In this document: positions 39,394 to 52,489 of the stretch, piece by piece | Layout: each line of letters opens with the position of its first letter | Position numbering within the stretch: position 1 is the stretch's first letter | NCBI GenBank assembly: GCA_951406725.2 | Contig: OX597821.1 | Coordinates: 72,292,001 to 72,356,000, forward strand | Reading direction: 5' to 3' | Source: Octopus vulgaris | Lineage: Eukaryota | DNA: 64,000 bases | The notes under the pieces: generated by a model | Told to the model about the DNA's origin: nothing | The model's input: only the letters and a program-made list of their open reading frames with translations | Databases searched by the model: none | Program-made: the position numbers and the translations under genes

Positions 39394-39507
39394 ACATTTT
39401 TGGATTTTATAACAGTGTCTTTGAGTAGTTAGAAACAGGATAATCCTGCCAAAGGTTTGAAGTCAATCAGCTGAAAGTGAGAAAAGAAGAGAAGAACATT
39501 TCCTTAC

Positions 39508-39551
39508 TTCATAGGGTGTGTTAGTAATCCGATCACCGCGTAAGACTTCAC
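39508..39551 (-). CDS. TM9SF4: TM9SF4 coding exon 3
   Basis: (G)EVLRGDRITNTPYE; CAG/GTAAGG; 44 nt, phases fit both neighbours. Confidence 0.93.
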
Positions 39552-40939
39552 CTGGAAACAACAACAACAAAAATAATTACAAACTTTACCCAATATTTGC
39601 AAGAGTTAATTTTAACATTGAGAACATCATATTTTTAAAAGAAATATACGAAATAAGTAGCTGTGATGAAGAAACTTGCTCTCTACCCATGGGGTCTTGA
39701 GTTCAATCTTATTGTATGGCACCTTTGATAAGTGTCTACATTAATAGCTCCAGAATGAGCAAAGCCTTGTGAGTGGATTTGGTAGACAGAAACTGGCAAA
39801 AGCCCATTGTGTGTGTGTGTGCCCTTGTCTTGATATCATGTCATGGTTGTAAACAAGCATCACCACCATACAAGTGATGTTGTTTGTTTCCAGTCTTCCA
39901 CCAAAAAATATCAAACCATGGAGAGATATTGCGTTGCTTAGCAACAGATGAGGGCTGGAGACAGGAAGGGCATCCAGCTGTACAAAATCTGCTTCAACAA
40001 ACTCTGTGTGACCCTTGAAAGCAAGGGCAACTGAGCAATGTAATGATGATGATTATATACGAGCGTCTGCGTATACTGGTATCAATTCTTTGAGGTATTT
40101 ATATCCTTAAAATGGATAGAATTCAAGATAAACATAACCCTTCAATAAGTCCCAGACATAGTGGGGTTGACAGAACTGACTTAAAATCCTGGATGCTTCC
40201 CCATCATAACTAAGAAACAATAAGTGCACCAGAATATATGAATTTCTAAATAAATAATATAATCGCTAACTGATCCAGGACACAGCACTTAGGTTGTCAC
40301 ACACACACACACACACACAGATTTCATCAACAGTTTTAATTTGTCTACAAACAAAAGCATACCTTAAGAATGAGGGGTTTCAAGTCAGTTATTCTAATAA
40401 TGTGACACACCTTCATTCAATCAACACAGGTGTAAATAAGGGAGAAATTTTGCTAGTCAGAGAATAGGTGTAGGAGTGGCTGTGTGGTAAGTAGCTTGCT
40501 TAGCAACTACATGGTCCCAGGTTCAGTCCCACTGCTATAGCCTCGGGCCAACCAAAGCCTTGTGAGTGGATTTGGTAGACGGAAACTGAAAGAAGCCCGT
40601 CGTATATATGTATATATATATAAAACTTACTTGGAAGAAGACAACGCGTGCATTTTGTTTTGTTTTTATGTTTTCGTTTCTCGTTGTGTTCTACGTTTAT
40701 TTGTGGTGTCCTGTACCCATATATGCATGTAAATATACATATAGATGTAGGTATGCACATATATGTATGTATGCATATGTTTTATTTTTTAAATTGTTAG
40801 TATATATATATATATATGCATGTGTGTGTATATGTTTGTAAGCCCAGTTTGTTTTCCCAGCATCGCTTTTGACAACTGATGCTGGTGTGTTTACAAACAC
40901 ACCAGTATCGGTTGTCAAGCAATTTGGCAAAAGAGACCG

Positions 40940-40976
<37 letters not shown>

Positions 40977-41607
40977 TACGACAGGCTTCTTTCAGTTTCC
41001 ATCACCAAATCCACTCACAAGGCATTGGTCGCCCAGCACTGCCCAAGATGCTACGCAGTGGGACTGAAACCCAGTAACCATGTGGTTGGTTAGCAAACTA
41101 CTTATCACACAACCACTCCTGCGCCCATATGTTTACTATTTTTTAAATAACTCTAGAATATATATATATATGCATGTGTGTGTGTGTGTTTGTTTTCCCA
41201 GCATCGCTTGACAACTGATGCTAGTGTGTTTACCATCCCCGTAACTTAGCGGTTTGGCAAAAGAGAGATAGAATAAGTATTAGGCTTACAAAGAATAAGT
41301 CCTGGGGTCGATTTGCTCGACTAAATAACAGCTCCATGCATGGCCACAGTCAAATGACTGAAACAAGTAAATGAGAGTATAAACGGAGTATCACACAAAA
41401 ATATTTTACTCTAAAATAAATCTAGTATAATTTGACTGCACAAAGGCCCAAGCATGGAATGGTAACACACAACTCTACCTGATGGGTGTGAATTCAATAC
41501 CAGGTTCGCTAAATCTCTCTCTCTCTCTCTCTCTCGGTTGAGTGGAGATGAAAGTGATAAGCAAGCAAAAACATTTGTGACCTAAATAACAGTATGCATG
41601 GGTGGGG

Positions 41608-41658
<51 letters not shown>

Positions 41659-42286
41659 TAACAATAAAGGGTGAAATTAATTAATTTGGAATAATTATTA
41701 ATTACATATATATATATATATATATACTCTTTACTCTCTTTTTACTCTTTTACTTGTTTCAGTCATTTGACTGCGGCCATGCTGAGCACCGCCTTTAGTT
41801 GAGCAAATCGACCCGGGACTTATTCTTTGTAAGCCAGTACTTATTCTATCGGTCTCTTTGCCGAACCGCTAAGTGACGGGGACGTAAACACACCAGCATC
41901 GGTTGTCAAGCAATGCTAGGGGGATAAACACACAAACACATATATATACATATATACGACAGGCTTCTTTCAGTTTCCGTCTACCAAATCCACTCACAAG
42001 GCATTGGTCGGCCCGGGGCTATAGCAGAAGACACTTGCCCAAGATGCCACGCAGTGGGACTGAACCCAGAACCATTTGGTTGGTTAGCAAGCTACTTACC
42101 ACACAGCCACTCCCATCCATCCATCCACCCATACATACATACATAAATAGGAGATGTACTTGCATAGCAAGTGATTTGATCTGAGATTGTGTGCTGAAAC
42201 GAAAACAATTGCAGCGTGGAAGGTGTTTGTAAACCATTCAAGAAACACACAAAAGCCATTTGACTCACTTCAACATTTAAGTTTAA

Positions 42287-43419
42287 TTTGTCAAAATACT
42301 TTCGTCACTTTAACCCTTTCGTTACTGTATTTCTGACCAAAATACACCCCTTATGTGTTTCAATTAATTTCTAACATAATCATAAATTTAGTCTGGTTTC
42401 ATTAAACAACTATAACTTTTTTATTTATCAATATATTAATGTGATTTTTGGAAAATAATTTAATGAAATGTTCTCAACCAATTTTATACTATAATTTTTG
42501 TCACAAAGTGACTCTAATTGCAGGTAGATACAGGTAAATTCAACAAAATATAAAATTATTAAAATTTTTGTTCAAACATCGCTATAGAAAATGGGTTATG
42601 AGCTAATATTCAATTGGGTATACAACAAAATTTTACTATAGAATTTGTTATTCTGGGTAACTTTCTGATACCCATAATAATATTTATGGCAATATAGGCC
42701 TTAATTTCATTTAAGGTTGTGGGAAACCACAAACTATCCTTTCTTTCGCTTTGTTTACATTTAGCGTAACGGTTCGTTTCCGCCGTAATGATTTCAAATA
42801 GGCTCATTTGAAAAAGTAAATGAAAATAGTCTAAGGCTTTACTCTCCTGGGAAAGACTGTGGCTTGGTCCAGTTTCTTCAGAAAAATCACCGAAAGAAAC
42901 AGTTTTTAAATTTTCACTCCATTCAGGTGCCAATTCATTTTCTTTATCGCTGTCGGAGCTCTCGGATTCACTGTTTTCACTTTCGGAAAATGAAACATCG
43001 GATTCATTATCAAATACCTCGTGCTTTTTTTTTCAGTCATAGAGTTAGATTTATCAAGGTCTTCAGTAGAAAAGCCTTCGAATTCTGACTCGCTGCTTGA
43101 TATAATGAAATTCGTATCCATTTTTATCAGAATTACAAATTTTGAAAACACAATAGGAACAAATTTCAGAAAAAAATCTCCCAAAATTCATGGAATTAAA
43201 ATTACACTTCGATCATTGTACAAAACTGTAGATGAACTGTTTACGAAGTATGATCACATGTTTTCACGAATGTACTAAAGAGATTTGCTCTGATATTCTC
43301 ATTTAAATATGAATAGGTAAATACAGGCGGGTTTAGGCAGTTTGGTCACATTAACCAAAATTTTTTTCGGGCGGTTTGGTAACGAAAGGGGTTAAGACCG
43401 CGACCTGTTCACTGACAAA
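42287..43419 (-). ncRNA. Hammerhead ribozyme candidate with G3-C8 core, split by a piggyBac in loop II
   Basis: After removing 42314-43395: TTTGTCA-GTGAACA-G-GTCGC-GGTCTTAAA-GTGAC-GAAA-GTAT-TT-TGACAAA; inverted partial copy at 43435-43481. Confidence 0.6.
42314..43391 (-). mobile_element. Non-autonomous piggyBac element with an N-terminal transposase (PGBD-like) fragment
   Basis: TTAA at 42310-13 and 43392-95; TIR CCCTTTCGTTAC / GTAACGAAAGGG; ORF ALDYFHLLF..IITAETNRYA..WFPTTLNEIKAYIAINIIMGI. Confidence 0.92.
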
Positions 43420-43529
43420 AATGCAGCACGGATTTTTGTCAGTGAACAGGCTCGCTTGATCTTAAAGCAACGAAAATATTTTTTTGGTTGAAACGTGGAA
43501 ATCAAGTTAACAGGAATTAACATGGAAAT

Positions 43530-44735
43530 AACAATGACATCTCATTTTAACAGATATATTTACCAAACTTATGTAGAAATAATTTGAAAAACTAATGTTT
43601 AAATTTATTCAATAAAATCACCATTGGCTTCAACCACAGCCTTCAGACGACTTCAGAATCTCCTGCAACTCTTCTGGACGATCTCAGTTCATCTTCAGTT
43701 CATCTTTGGTGTTACAAAGAGTTTTGTTGGTCTCTTTCTCAACTATGCCCCACACATAATAATCAAGGGAGTTACGTGGCCAGACGTTAGGGTGATGTGA
43801 TTGCAAAAATTGTCTGACAGCCATGACTGGGTTCTCCTGCTTGTATGGCATTGGTGCAGAGTCCTGTTGCCAGACATAGGGTCTTTCAGCAGCCACCCTC
43901 TTCACCCAGGACAACACTACCTCCTCTAGGCACTTGATGTAGGCCTCTGAGTTGAGTCTGTAGCCATGTGGGAAAATGAATGGAATCTTAATGTTGCCAT
44001 CACTAGTGATCACTCTAAACACCGTGATGTTGCCTGGATGTTTGATTTTTATCACACTTGGTACATGTTTTGGGGACACGGCAAACCAAAGGTTGTTCTG
44101 TGCGTTCGCCATCTGATCCTGGCAAAAATTTTTCTCATCTGAGAAAAACCAAAGCATGTTTGGTTGGAGAGGATGCTTGAGTTTGTTCAAAAGCTTCATA
44201 CCGCAGTCTTTCCTCTTGTCTTTGATGGCTTGGGATAAAAATTGACCCTTTTTCATCTTGTATGAAGACCATCAAATGTCTTCATGCATTACCTGCCTGA
44301 TAAGAAACTCAGACACTCCTATGTCCCTGGCAATGGACCTGATGGACTTGGAGGGATTGTAGTCAATCATGGCCTGGATCTCACCAACAAATTCAAGAGT
44401 TCTTTTCTTATCAGAACAATTAGAGTGAGTTTCAAAGCTGCTGTACCTTCATAATCAACATTAGACTCATCCAACTCTTTCTGAATCCTCAGCACTGACT
44501 TCAGGCTGACACCCAAACACTAGAATGTTCATATTGGAGCTTCCAGTGCAAATGCCAAGCAGTACAGCATGTTGTTACCAAATTTCTGGCAGAGAGAATT
44601 GCGTCATGGTGCTGTTTTTCTCACAGACGGTGTCCAACTGATTCGACTATACCGTGTAGTCAACAAAATCAAAAACAAAAGATGCACATGCGCAAAATTA
44701 AAAATATGACAACAATTTACCCACTGCACCCAGTA
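43530..44735 (-). mobile_element. Degenerate Tc1/mariner superfamily transposon (maT/DD37D-like)
   Basis: ORF 43684-44256 with WFFSDEKNF, VWQQDSAP and LDYYVW motifs; TIR-like TA-CTGGGTGCAGTGGGTAAATT at the right end; left end unclear. Confidence 0.8.
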
Positions 44736-45178
44736 TATATATTAAGAATGAAATCAACCTCTCTGTCTATATATCTACCCTCTTTATAATGTTGGCAAAT
44801 GAAATAGGGATAAGAATGTGCATTGTCCGTTTAATTGGAAAATTCTATAAGTGGCTGAAGATTGCTCAACATTTTAAAACTGATGTAATACAGTGTTTAA
44901 TAAAATGAAGTAGCATGAAACTATTTTACTACTCTACCTTGGATATCCTTGTTGCTTATTTTGATTATAATCACCCCATTTGATTTATATGGATAATACC
45001 ATACAAAATTCTGGTACCTTTAACTTAAGTACCATATTCATCTGAATCTAAATTTTGCTGAACTTATATATATAGGCCACAACACCATTATCTCACCTCT
45101 TTAAACACAATTATAACAACAACAAAACTATTACAACTTTGCTGAGTTATTTTAAATATATCTGTCATCTGTACTCAC

Positions 45179-45281
45179 CAAGGTTTTCTGTTTTATAAAC
45201 CACTCCACCTTGAGGTTTACAGAATGGTAAAGAATAATATTCATAAGGTAACTGTGTCTTTACACTTGTCATTTTCACAGC
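45179..45281 (-). CDS. TM9SF4: TM9SF4 coding exon 2
   Basis: [35 protein letters not shown]; polyT-CAG acceptor, GTGAGT donor; 103 nt. Confidence 0.95.
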
Positions 45282-46610
45282 CTGAAAAAAAAAGATACAA
45301 TAAAAATAATTGAATGAAACAATGAGAATACTTTCCTTTGCTGTCATTCCCAACACTGTTTCAAAACATCTACAGGCAGGGTTTTCTATGGCTGGCTGCT
45401 TGCTAACCTTTTCAAAGACAATTATTCTGCCAGCAGAATTAGAGGAGCTATCGTGAGAGCTTTCTGTACCTTATGGCTTCCTCAGCATGTCTCAAGATGT
45501 AAATAACTCATTATCTTTTGTGAGATTAATGAGAGCTAAGTGCTTGGCTCTCCGGTTCCATCACCATGAAATCTCTTCCTGGACGCATTTCGAGATAAGC
45601 TGTTGCATATTAAATGGTTGAAACAATGTAGAATGCTTTGTGCCCAGAAGCAACAGCACACTCACAGCAGATTTGAACTCACATATTGGTGAATTAAGAT
45701 CAGAAGACCTTCCTTTAAACACAGCCCTAAAGTATTTGTTTAATTGCTGAAGTGTCCAAAATATGTGAACAACCTTCTAGAAGAAGCACCAGCAAGTGGG
45801 TCACACTTTGTAGAATGTTAGAAACTTATTAGAGTTTAAATATTTCCTAACCCAGAAAAGGAAATACAATCTTTTGCACATAGCCTTGGCAAGGTGATCC
45901 ATGTAAGGTTGACATGAGGAAGCATCAAAGATTGTAAGGTTTATCATTTGCAACAAATTTGAAGGCTTTAATTGTGAGCTTTTTATATAGAGCAGGGGTC
46001 TCCATAGCGGTCGATATTAGTATTATTTATTTATTTTCTTGTACATGCCTGGCGGCGGGGGGGGCGGGGCGATGAGGAGTCAAGGATTCTATGAAGAGGT
46101 CAATGTTCTAAAAAGTTTGGGGACTCCTGATACAGAGAGAGAGGTTTCTTTGATATGTAAGACAAAGTGTATCTTGGTACTTCTGGAAGATACCAAGTTA
46201 AAGTGTCTGTGTTGAGGGATGCTTTCCTTCAGGTCTCTTTAAAAAGACAGTGCACATGTCCTTTCTACCACTAAAATTACTTGACAATAAAAGAGGAATT
46301 AAACCTACATATCAAGCAAACTGGAAAGAGGGGGGACAAAACAATGTGCCTTGCTCAAGGGGACAACACAACAACAACAACTGAGGGTGCAATGGGAACA
46401 TAAGACCATGTGGTAAGTATGTCACCACCCTAACCTTACTGCCATAGAATCACTATCCTATAAAATGAGTGCTGCATTAAAAGAAAAGGTATGACTGGAT
46501 GGTATTTCTTGAAATCAATAAAACATATCATACCAACATCTCAAAGACAAGAAAGACAAAGCTTTTGTGACAAAGGTTTGTAGCAAAGACAAGAACTATA
46601 GAAAACTTAC

Positions 46611-46733
46611 CTTGACCTCTACAGGTTGACCCCTGTGAAACTCAACTGGAGCCACTCCAGGTACATAGAAAGCCTGGGCTACGTAGAAGAATGAACAAGC
46701 AACAAAACTCCATAGTATATATATGGTAATCAT
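46611..46733 (-). CDS. TM9SF4: TM9SF4 coding exon 1 (signal peptide + FYVPGVAP)
   Basis: MITIYILWSFVACSFFYVAQAFYVPGVAPVEFHRGQPVEVK; acceptor AG directly before the ATG, donor GTAAGT; 123 nt, phase 0. FYVPGVAP is the nonaspanin mature N-terminus. Confidence 0.93.
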
Positions 46734-48591
46734 CTATAATTAAAAAGAAAGAAAAAAAAATGCTGAGTAAAACTTAATATTCATTAATATCAATAAAATG
46801 ATAGGACAAGTGGATTATCAGACTCCAGCACTTGGCACGGTTAACTTTCAGCTGTCCTGAGTTCAAATTCCATGGAGATTCGGTTAAACTTTCATTTATT
46901 TGTTCTAGACTCAATAAAATAAGCAGCAAACATGTGTATCTGAGTCAATTCAATTCACTTTATCCCTCCCAATGCACAAAAAAGCATCAATTTTCAAGAG
47001 TCATTCATAAAGATTTAATAACAGTTAATTATTTATATAAAAAAAAAAAAACTTTTAAAGTATTAAACTTCGATAATTTTCCAACACATTTTTAAAATCG
47101 TAACAGGTACTCAGTGATAATCTAGACCTTAACTGCAACCATCATCATCATCATCATTTAACATCCGCTTTCCATGCTAGCATGGGTTGGACGATTTGAC
47201 TGAGGTCTGGCGAACCAGACTCCAATCTGATCTGGCAGAGTTTCTACAGCTGGATGCCCTTCCTAATGCCAACCACTCCAAGAGTGTAGTGGGTGCTTTT
47301 ACGTGCCACCGGTACGAGGGCCAGTTTGGTGGTACTGGCAATGGCCACGCCCAAATGATGCTTTTTATGTGCCACCTGCACATGAGCCAGTCCAGCGGCA
47401 CTGGCGACGACCACGCTCGATATTAAGGTGTGGAACAAATTTAATCTATAGACATGAGTTTGATCTTTACAACAGTCACTAATATGGTACTGGCAGGAAT
47501 GTATATAACCGTTTTCGCATCATTCATTCCTACTTTATATACCCAAATAATTAGCAGTTATTAGAGGGGCACCTGTCTACATAAAACAACTACTACAACA
47601 TGTCTAAATTTACAACAAGAAATTATCCCTGTCAACCATTCTGAAATGGGAAAATTCGATGTGAACTATAAATGAAATGCTTGTTTGAAATATCAATTAC
47701 TTTCCCCCACAGCAGCAGTTTTCTATGTTTAAATTTAGTCTAGCTTGACCTGCTAGAATTAACAGTCAAATCTCTTTCCAATCATACCTTTATGTCTTGA
47801 AATAGGGTTAGATAATGTCCCCAATATTACGCATGAACAAAATGTCGATAATTTACTGTTACACCATGTCACTCAGTATAAATGCCACGACAGGTAAAAG
47901 TATATGATGCAAGTTCAATTCCTGGTTAAGACATTTCACTTCATTTCCTTCTGAAATTTGCAATTTTCTCAGTATGCAGGTAAGTGTCCACCAAGGTTCA
48001 ACCCCCAACTGTGTTCTGATTTTATAGTTCTCTGGGTCAAAACAGAAGTTCAAAACTAGCTGTCTGCTAGAAGTCTGATGGTCCAACAATCTAGTTCTCA
48101 TGCTCAAATCAGACAAAGAATTCAATAGGCCAATACCACAAAGTCATCCTGCCTTAACCATTCCTATGAACTTAAAAAGATAATAATGAATAAGAAAGGA
48201 GTCACATAGCAAGCAAAGGAGGCAGGGGTGCCATATTAAAAGCACCCAGTGCCACCCTGGCATTAGGAAGGGCATCCATCGGTAGAAACCAAGCCAAAAC
48301 AGACAAACTGGAGCTTAGTGCAGCCCTCCATCTTGCCAGCTCTGGAGTCCAACGATCCAACCCATGCCAGCATGGAAAACGAACATTGAACGATGATGAT
48401 GATAAGGGGGAGGAGAATGGGAAGGAGTTTGAGCTTTTAAAACTTGTTGTTGTTGAGTCTCCTGTCATGCTTGATTAAGCAGACTTACTGAACACATTTC
48501 ACCAGTGATAATCCATTTATTTTGTTTGTTCATGCACAATATCTAGGACACTGACTCCACCGTTTTGGGGGGATTTTTTTTTTAGGACAGT

Positions 48592-48811
48592 TTGCTATGT
48601 TTAGATTTAGTTTAGCTTCACCTGCCAGAATTGGCAATCGAATCTCTTTCCAATCATACCCTTCGTTTATTCATTCAGTTCTCGTTGTGTCTTGTGGAAT
48701 TGGGGTGACAAGGCACAATGAGAATCGAATGAATGAACGAAGGGTATGATTGGAAAGAGATTTGACTGCTAATTCTAGCAGGTGAAGCTAAACTAAATTT
48801 AAACATAGCAA
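48592..48811. repeat. Imperfect palindrome, ~100-bp arms
   Basis: TTGCTATGTTTAGATTTAG.. versus ..CTAAATTTAAACATAGCAA; single-arm copy at about 47722-47790. Confidence 0.85.
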
Positions 48812-50342
48812 CTTCTATTGTGGGCGGGGGGATAAATAATAGAAAACAGACAACTATGGCTCCTGTGCAGGTGGCACATAAAAAGCACCATTTGAACATG
48901 GCCGTTGCCAGTACCACCAAACTGGCCCTCATGCCGGTGGCACGTAAAAGCACCCACTACACTCTCAGAGTGGGTGACATTAGGAAGGCATCCAGCTGTA
49001 GAATCTCTGCCAGATCAGATAGGAGTCTGGTTCGCCAGACCTCAGTCAAATCATCCAACCCATGCTAGCATGGAAAGCGGACGTTAAACGATGATGATGA
49101 TGATGAAAGAAGGCAACAAGAGCAAAACATCTTCGTCTTTTGTTTCAATGCCTGAATGACCTTGACAAACATGCAACAGCACTAAACACACTTCAAATAG
49201 AAACAAACTACATCTTAACTTCTGCAACCATTCGAATGATCATATTCTAATATCCACAGAACTTTGCTTTGGTTTAATTCTTTATTCTTTCTTTTTTATT
49301 CTTTTACTTGTTTCAGTCTTTAGTTTACGCCTTTAGTCAAACAAATCGACCCCCAGGACTTATTCTTTGTAAGCCTAGTACTTATTCTATCATTCACTTT
49401 TGCCGAAGTTACAGGGACATATATACACCAGCATCAGTTGTCAAGCAATGGTGGGGTGGACACACAGACACACAAACACATATATATTAATATATACGAC
49501 GGGCTTCTTTCAGTTTCCCTCTACCAAATCCACTCACAAGGCTTTGGTCAGCCCAAGGCTATAGAAGACACTTGCCCAAGGTGCCACGCAGTGAGACTGA
49601 ACCCGGAACCATGTGGTTTGTTTTAATCTTATATTTTATTTGTTGTGAAGGCACATAGTTTAGTAGTTAGAGTACTTGGTTCCCAATTGTAAGGTTGTGA
49701 GTTCAATTTTAGGCAGCACATTGATTCCTTGAGCAAGACACTTTATTTCACATTACTCCACTCAGCTGGCAAAAGTTACACTTGGTTTTCAAAGGGGCCA
49801 GCCTTGTTACATTCAGTATTAAGCTGAATCTCCCTGAGAACTATATTGAGGGTACACGTGTTTGTGGAGTACTCAGCCACCTGTATGTTAATTTCATGAG
49901 CAGGCTATTCCAGTGATCGAGTCAACTAGAATGCTCGTCATCATAACCAACAGAATGCCAGCTGTTTATCCATAAAGACCGAGTGGCTGAGGATTAGTTG
50001 GTCAGAATTTATTAAATTATAAACTTGAAAATCTTGATCAGGTTAGATATTCATGCCTCTGCCTCAAATCTCCATATCTACACACACAAGAAAAAAAGTT
50101 TCACCTCTCTCCACACACACACATACATTTTTGTGTCGATATGCTATAGCTGAATGTCAGAGGAAAATATATGCAGAGTAACAGATGTCAACTTATTGAT
50201 TGTATAAACAAAACCTCAGTGAAGGTTACAAGTATTTTTATTATTCACTTAATTTGAATTTTTTTTTTTAAGATTTATTCTTTTCAGTTGGTTCAAATTT
50301 CTCTTCAACAACTATAAATAAAAACATACACACATACATATA

Positions 50343-50374
<32 letters not shown>

Positions 50375-50556
50375 CATACATCATACATATACATACATAC
50401 ATACATACATACATATACATACATACATATATATATATATCCATGTATGCACACACACGAGCATTTTTCTGTATTTGTTCCAATCATCAAGAAAAAAATT
50501 TATAAGAGTGAACACACACAAAGTAAAAGATTACACGCATGCACACAAACACACAA

Positions 50557-50591
<35 letters not shown>

Positions 50592-51624
50592 ACTAATATT
50601 TATTCTACTTCTACAAACACAACAAAGAAAGGAAACAATCTGACTTTTCTGTGAACCAAACCAACACAACTATCAAAGCATAATGACCCTTATTGATTTC
50701 AGAGATTAACGAAACAGGTTAAATCAACACTGTGTTATGTCTTCTCAAAGGAATTAGTGACGAGCCAGAAGTATGAATCTTGGTTGGAGAGCTTACAGTG
50801 CTGGTTCGAACATCTATGGAGAACCACGGAAAGGATGGACGCAACAAAACAGATAAATCATAAATATACAACAGGCCTGGCTGTGTGGTAAGAAACTTGC
50901 TTCCCAGCCACATATATTTCTTTACTACCCACAAGGGGCTAAACACAGAGGGGACAAACAAGGACAGACAAACGGATTAAGTCGATTACATCAACCCCAG
51001 TGCGTAACTAGTACTTAATTTATCGACCCCGAAGGGATGAAAGGCAAAGTCGACCTCAGCGGAATTTGAACCCAGAACGTAACGGCAGACGAAATACGGC
51101 TACGCATTTCGCCCGGCGTGCTAACGTTTCTGCCAGCTCGCCGCCTTATAGCCACATAGTTCCGGGTTCAGTCCCACTGCGTGACACCTTGGGCAAGTGT
51201 TTTCTACTATAGCCTCAGGCTGACCAAAGCCTTGTGAATGGATTTAGTAGACAGAAACTGAAAGAAGCCCGTTGTATATATATTTGGTTGGTTCAAGTCT
51301 ACAGCAGAAGACACCTGCCCAAGGTGCCATGCAGCGGGACTGAACCCAAGACAAAATGGTTGAGAAGCAAGCTTGTTAAACACAGCCATGCTGATATAAA
51401 TTTAAGCTGATTTTGCAGTCTTTTATCTTAAAGTTTTCCAGAGCTTGTTCTTCACCTTCACAAATGCACAATAAAAATAATAAAAACAAGAAACTCTCTA
51501 TCGTTACAAATTGAAGCTTCAGCTGTACTCTACTCTTTTGGAAATGCAAAGATATATAAAACCATAAAGGTAAAATGCTGAGAGCTAAACCTTACAACCC
51601 AGCTTCAATTCCCAGCTATATACA

Positions 51625-52489
51625 CGAGGTTTGATCAATAAGTATCCAGACTGCTGCCATAGTAAAGAAGCTAAAGCAAGCAGAGTGAAACCGCTTGGCA
51701 CAGATTGACCTTGAACTCTGCTGTGCATGCGCACTATGATTTAATGTTCTAGCTCACTTTCACTGTTTACAGTAGTGCTTGGAAGGACGGTGTGTAGCCT
51801 GTGTTCATCGCATTGACCATGACAGAGAAAGTTGAGCAGAAAATCTGCATCAAATTTTGCCAAAAGCTTGGTGATACCTACTCAGGGGTCTGCGCAAAGT
51901 TTTCACCCTTCTCGACACAATCAAGATCTTGTGCAACTGAAACCGGAGTGTCCTTTTGGTCAGCTGAAAGCAGTTTTGGCACAAACTTGACAGACACGCC
52001 TCTCATACCCAAACTTTCAGTGATAATGGATTGAACTGAACCGTAACTAATCTGCACATCCTCTGATAACTCACGGATGGTGATTCAATGATTTCCCCTC
52101 ACAGCTGCGATGTTTATCTCAGTTCTGCTGGTTGCGGGTCTTCCAGAACGTTCATCACTATTGACATTTTTTTGGCCATCTTGGAAACATCTGAACCACT
52201 CGTACACTTGTGTGCAGCCCATACACTTCTCTCTATACACTTCCTGCAACTCTGCATAGGCCCCTGAGCAGGTATCGCTATGATAACCTTGTTGTGGTCA
52301 ATGCGATGGTCACACGCTACACACGTTCCTTCCAAGCACTGCTGTAAACAACAGAAGTGAGCTAGAATGTTAAAACTTAGTGCACATGCACAGCAGAGGT
52401 CATGGTCAACCTGGACCAAGTGGCTTCACTCTGCGTGCTTTAGCTTCATTACTATGGCAACAGTCCAGATACTAATTGATCAGACCTCA
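51625..52489. mobile_element. Mariner-derived element built from two inverted 5' ends
   Basis: About 190-bp inverted arms starting CGAGGTTTGATCAATAAGTATCC; + strand MTEKVEQKICIKFCQKLG; - strand frameshifted VYEWFR..DERSGRP..KFVPKLLS. Confidence 0.85.
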
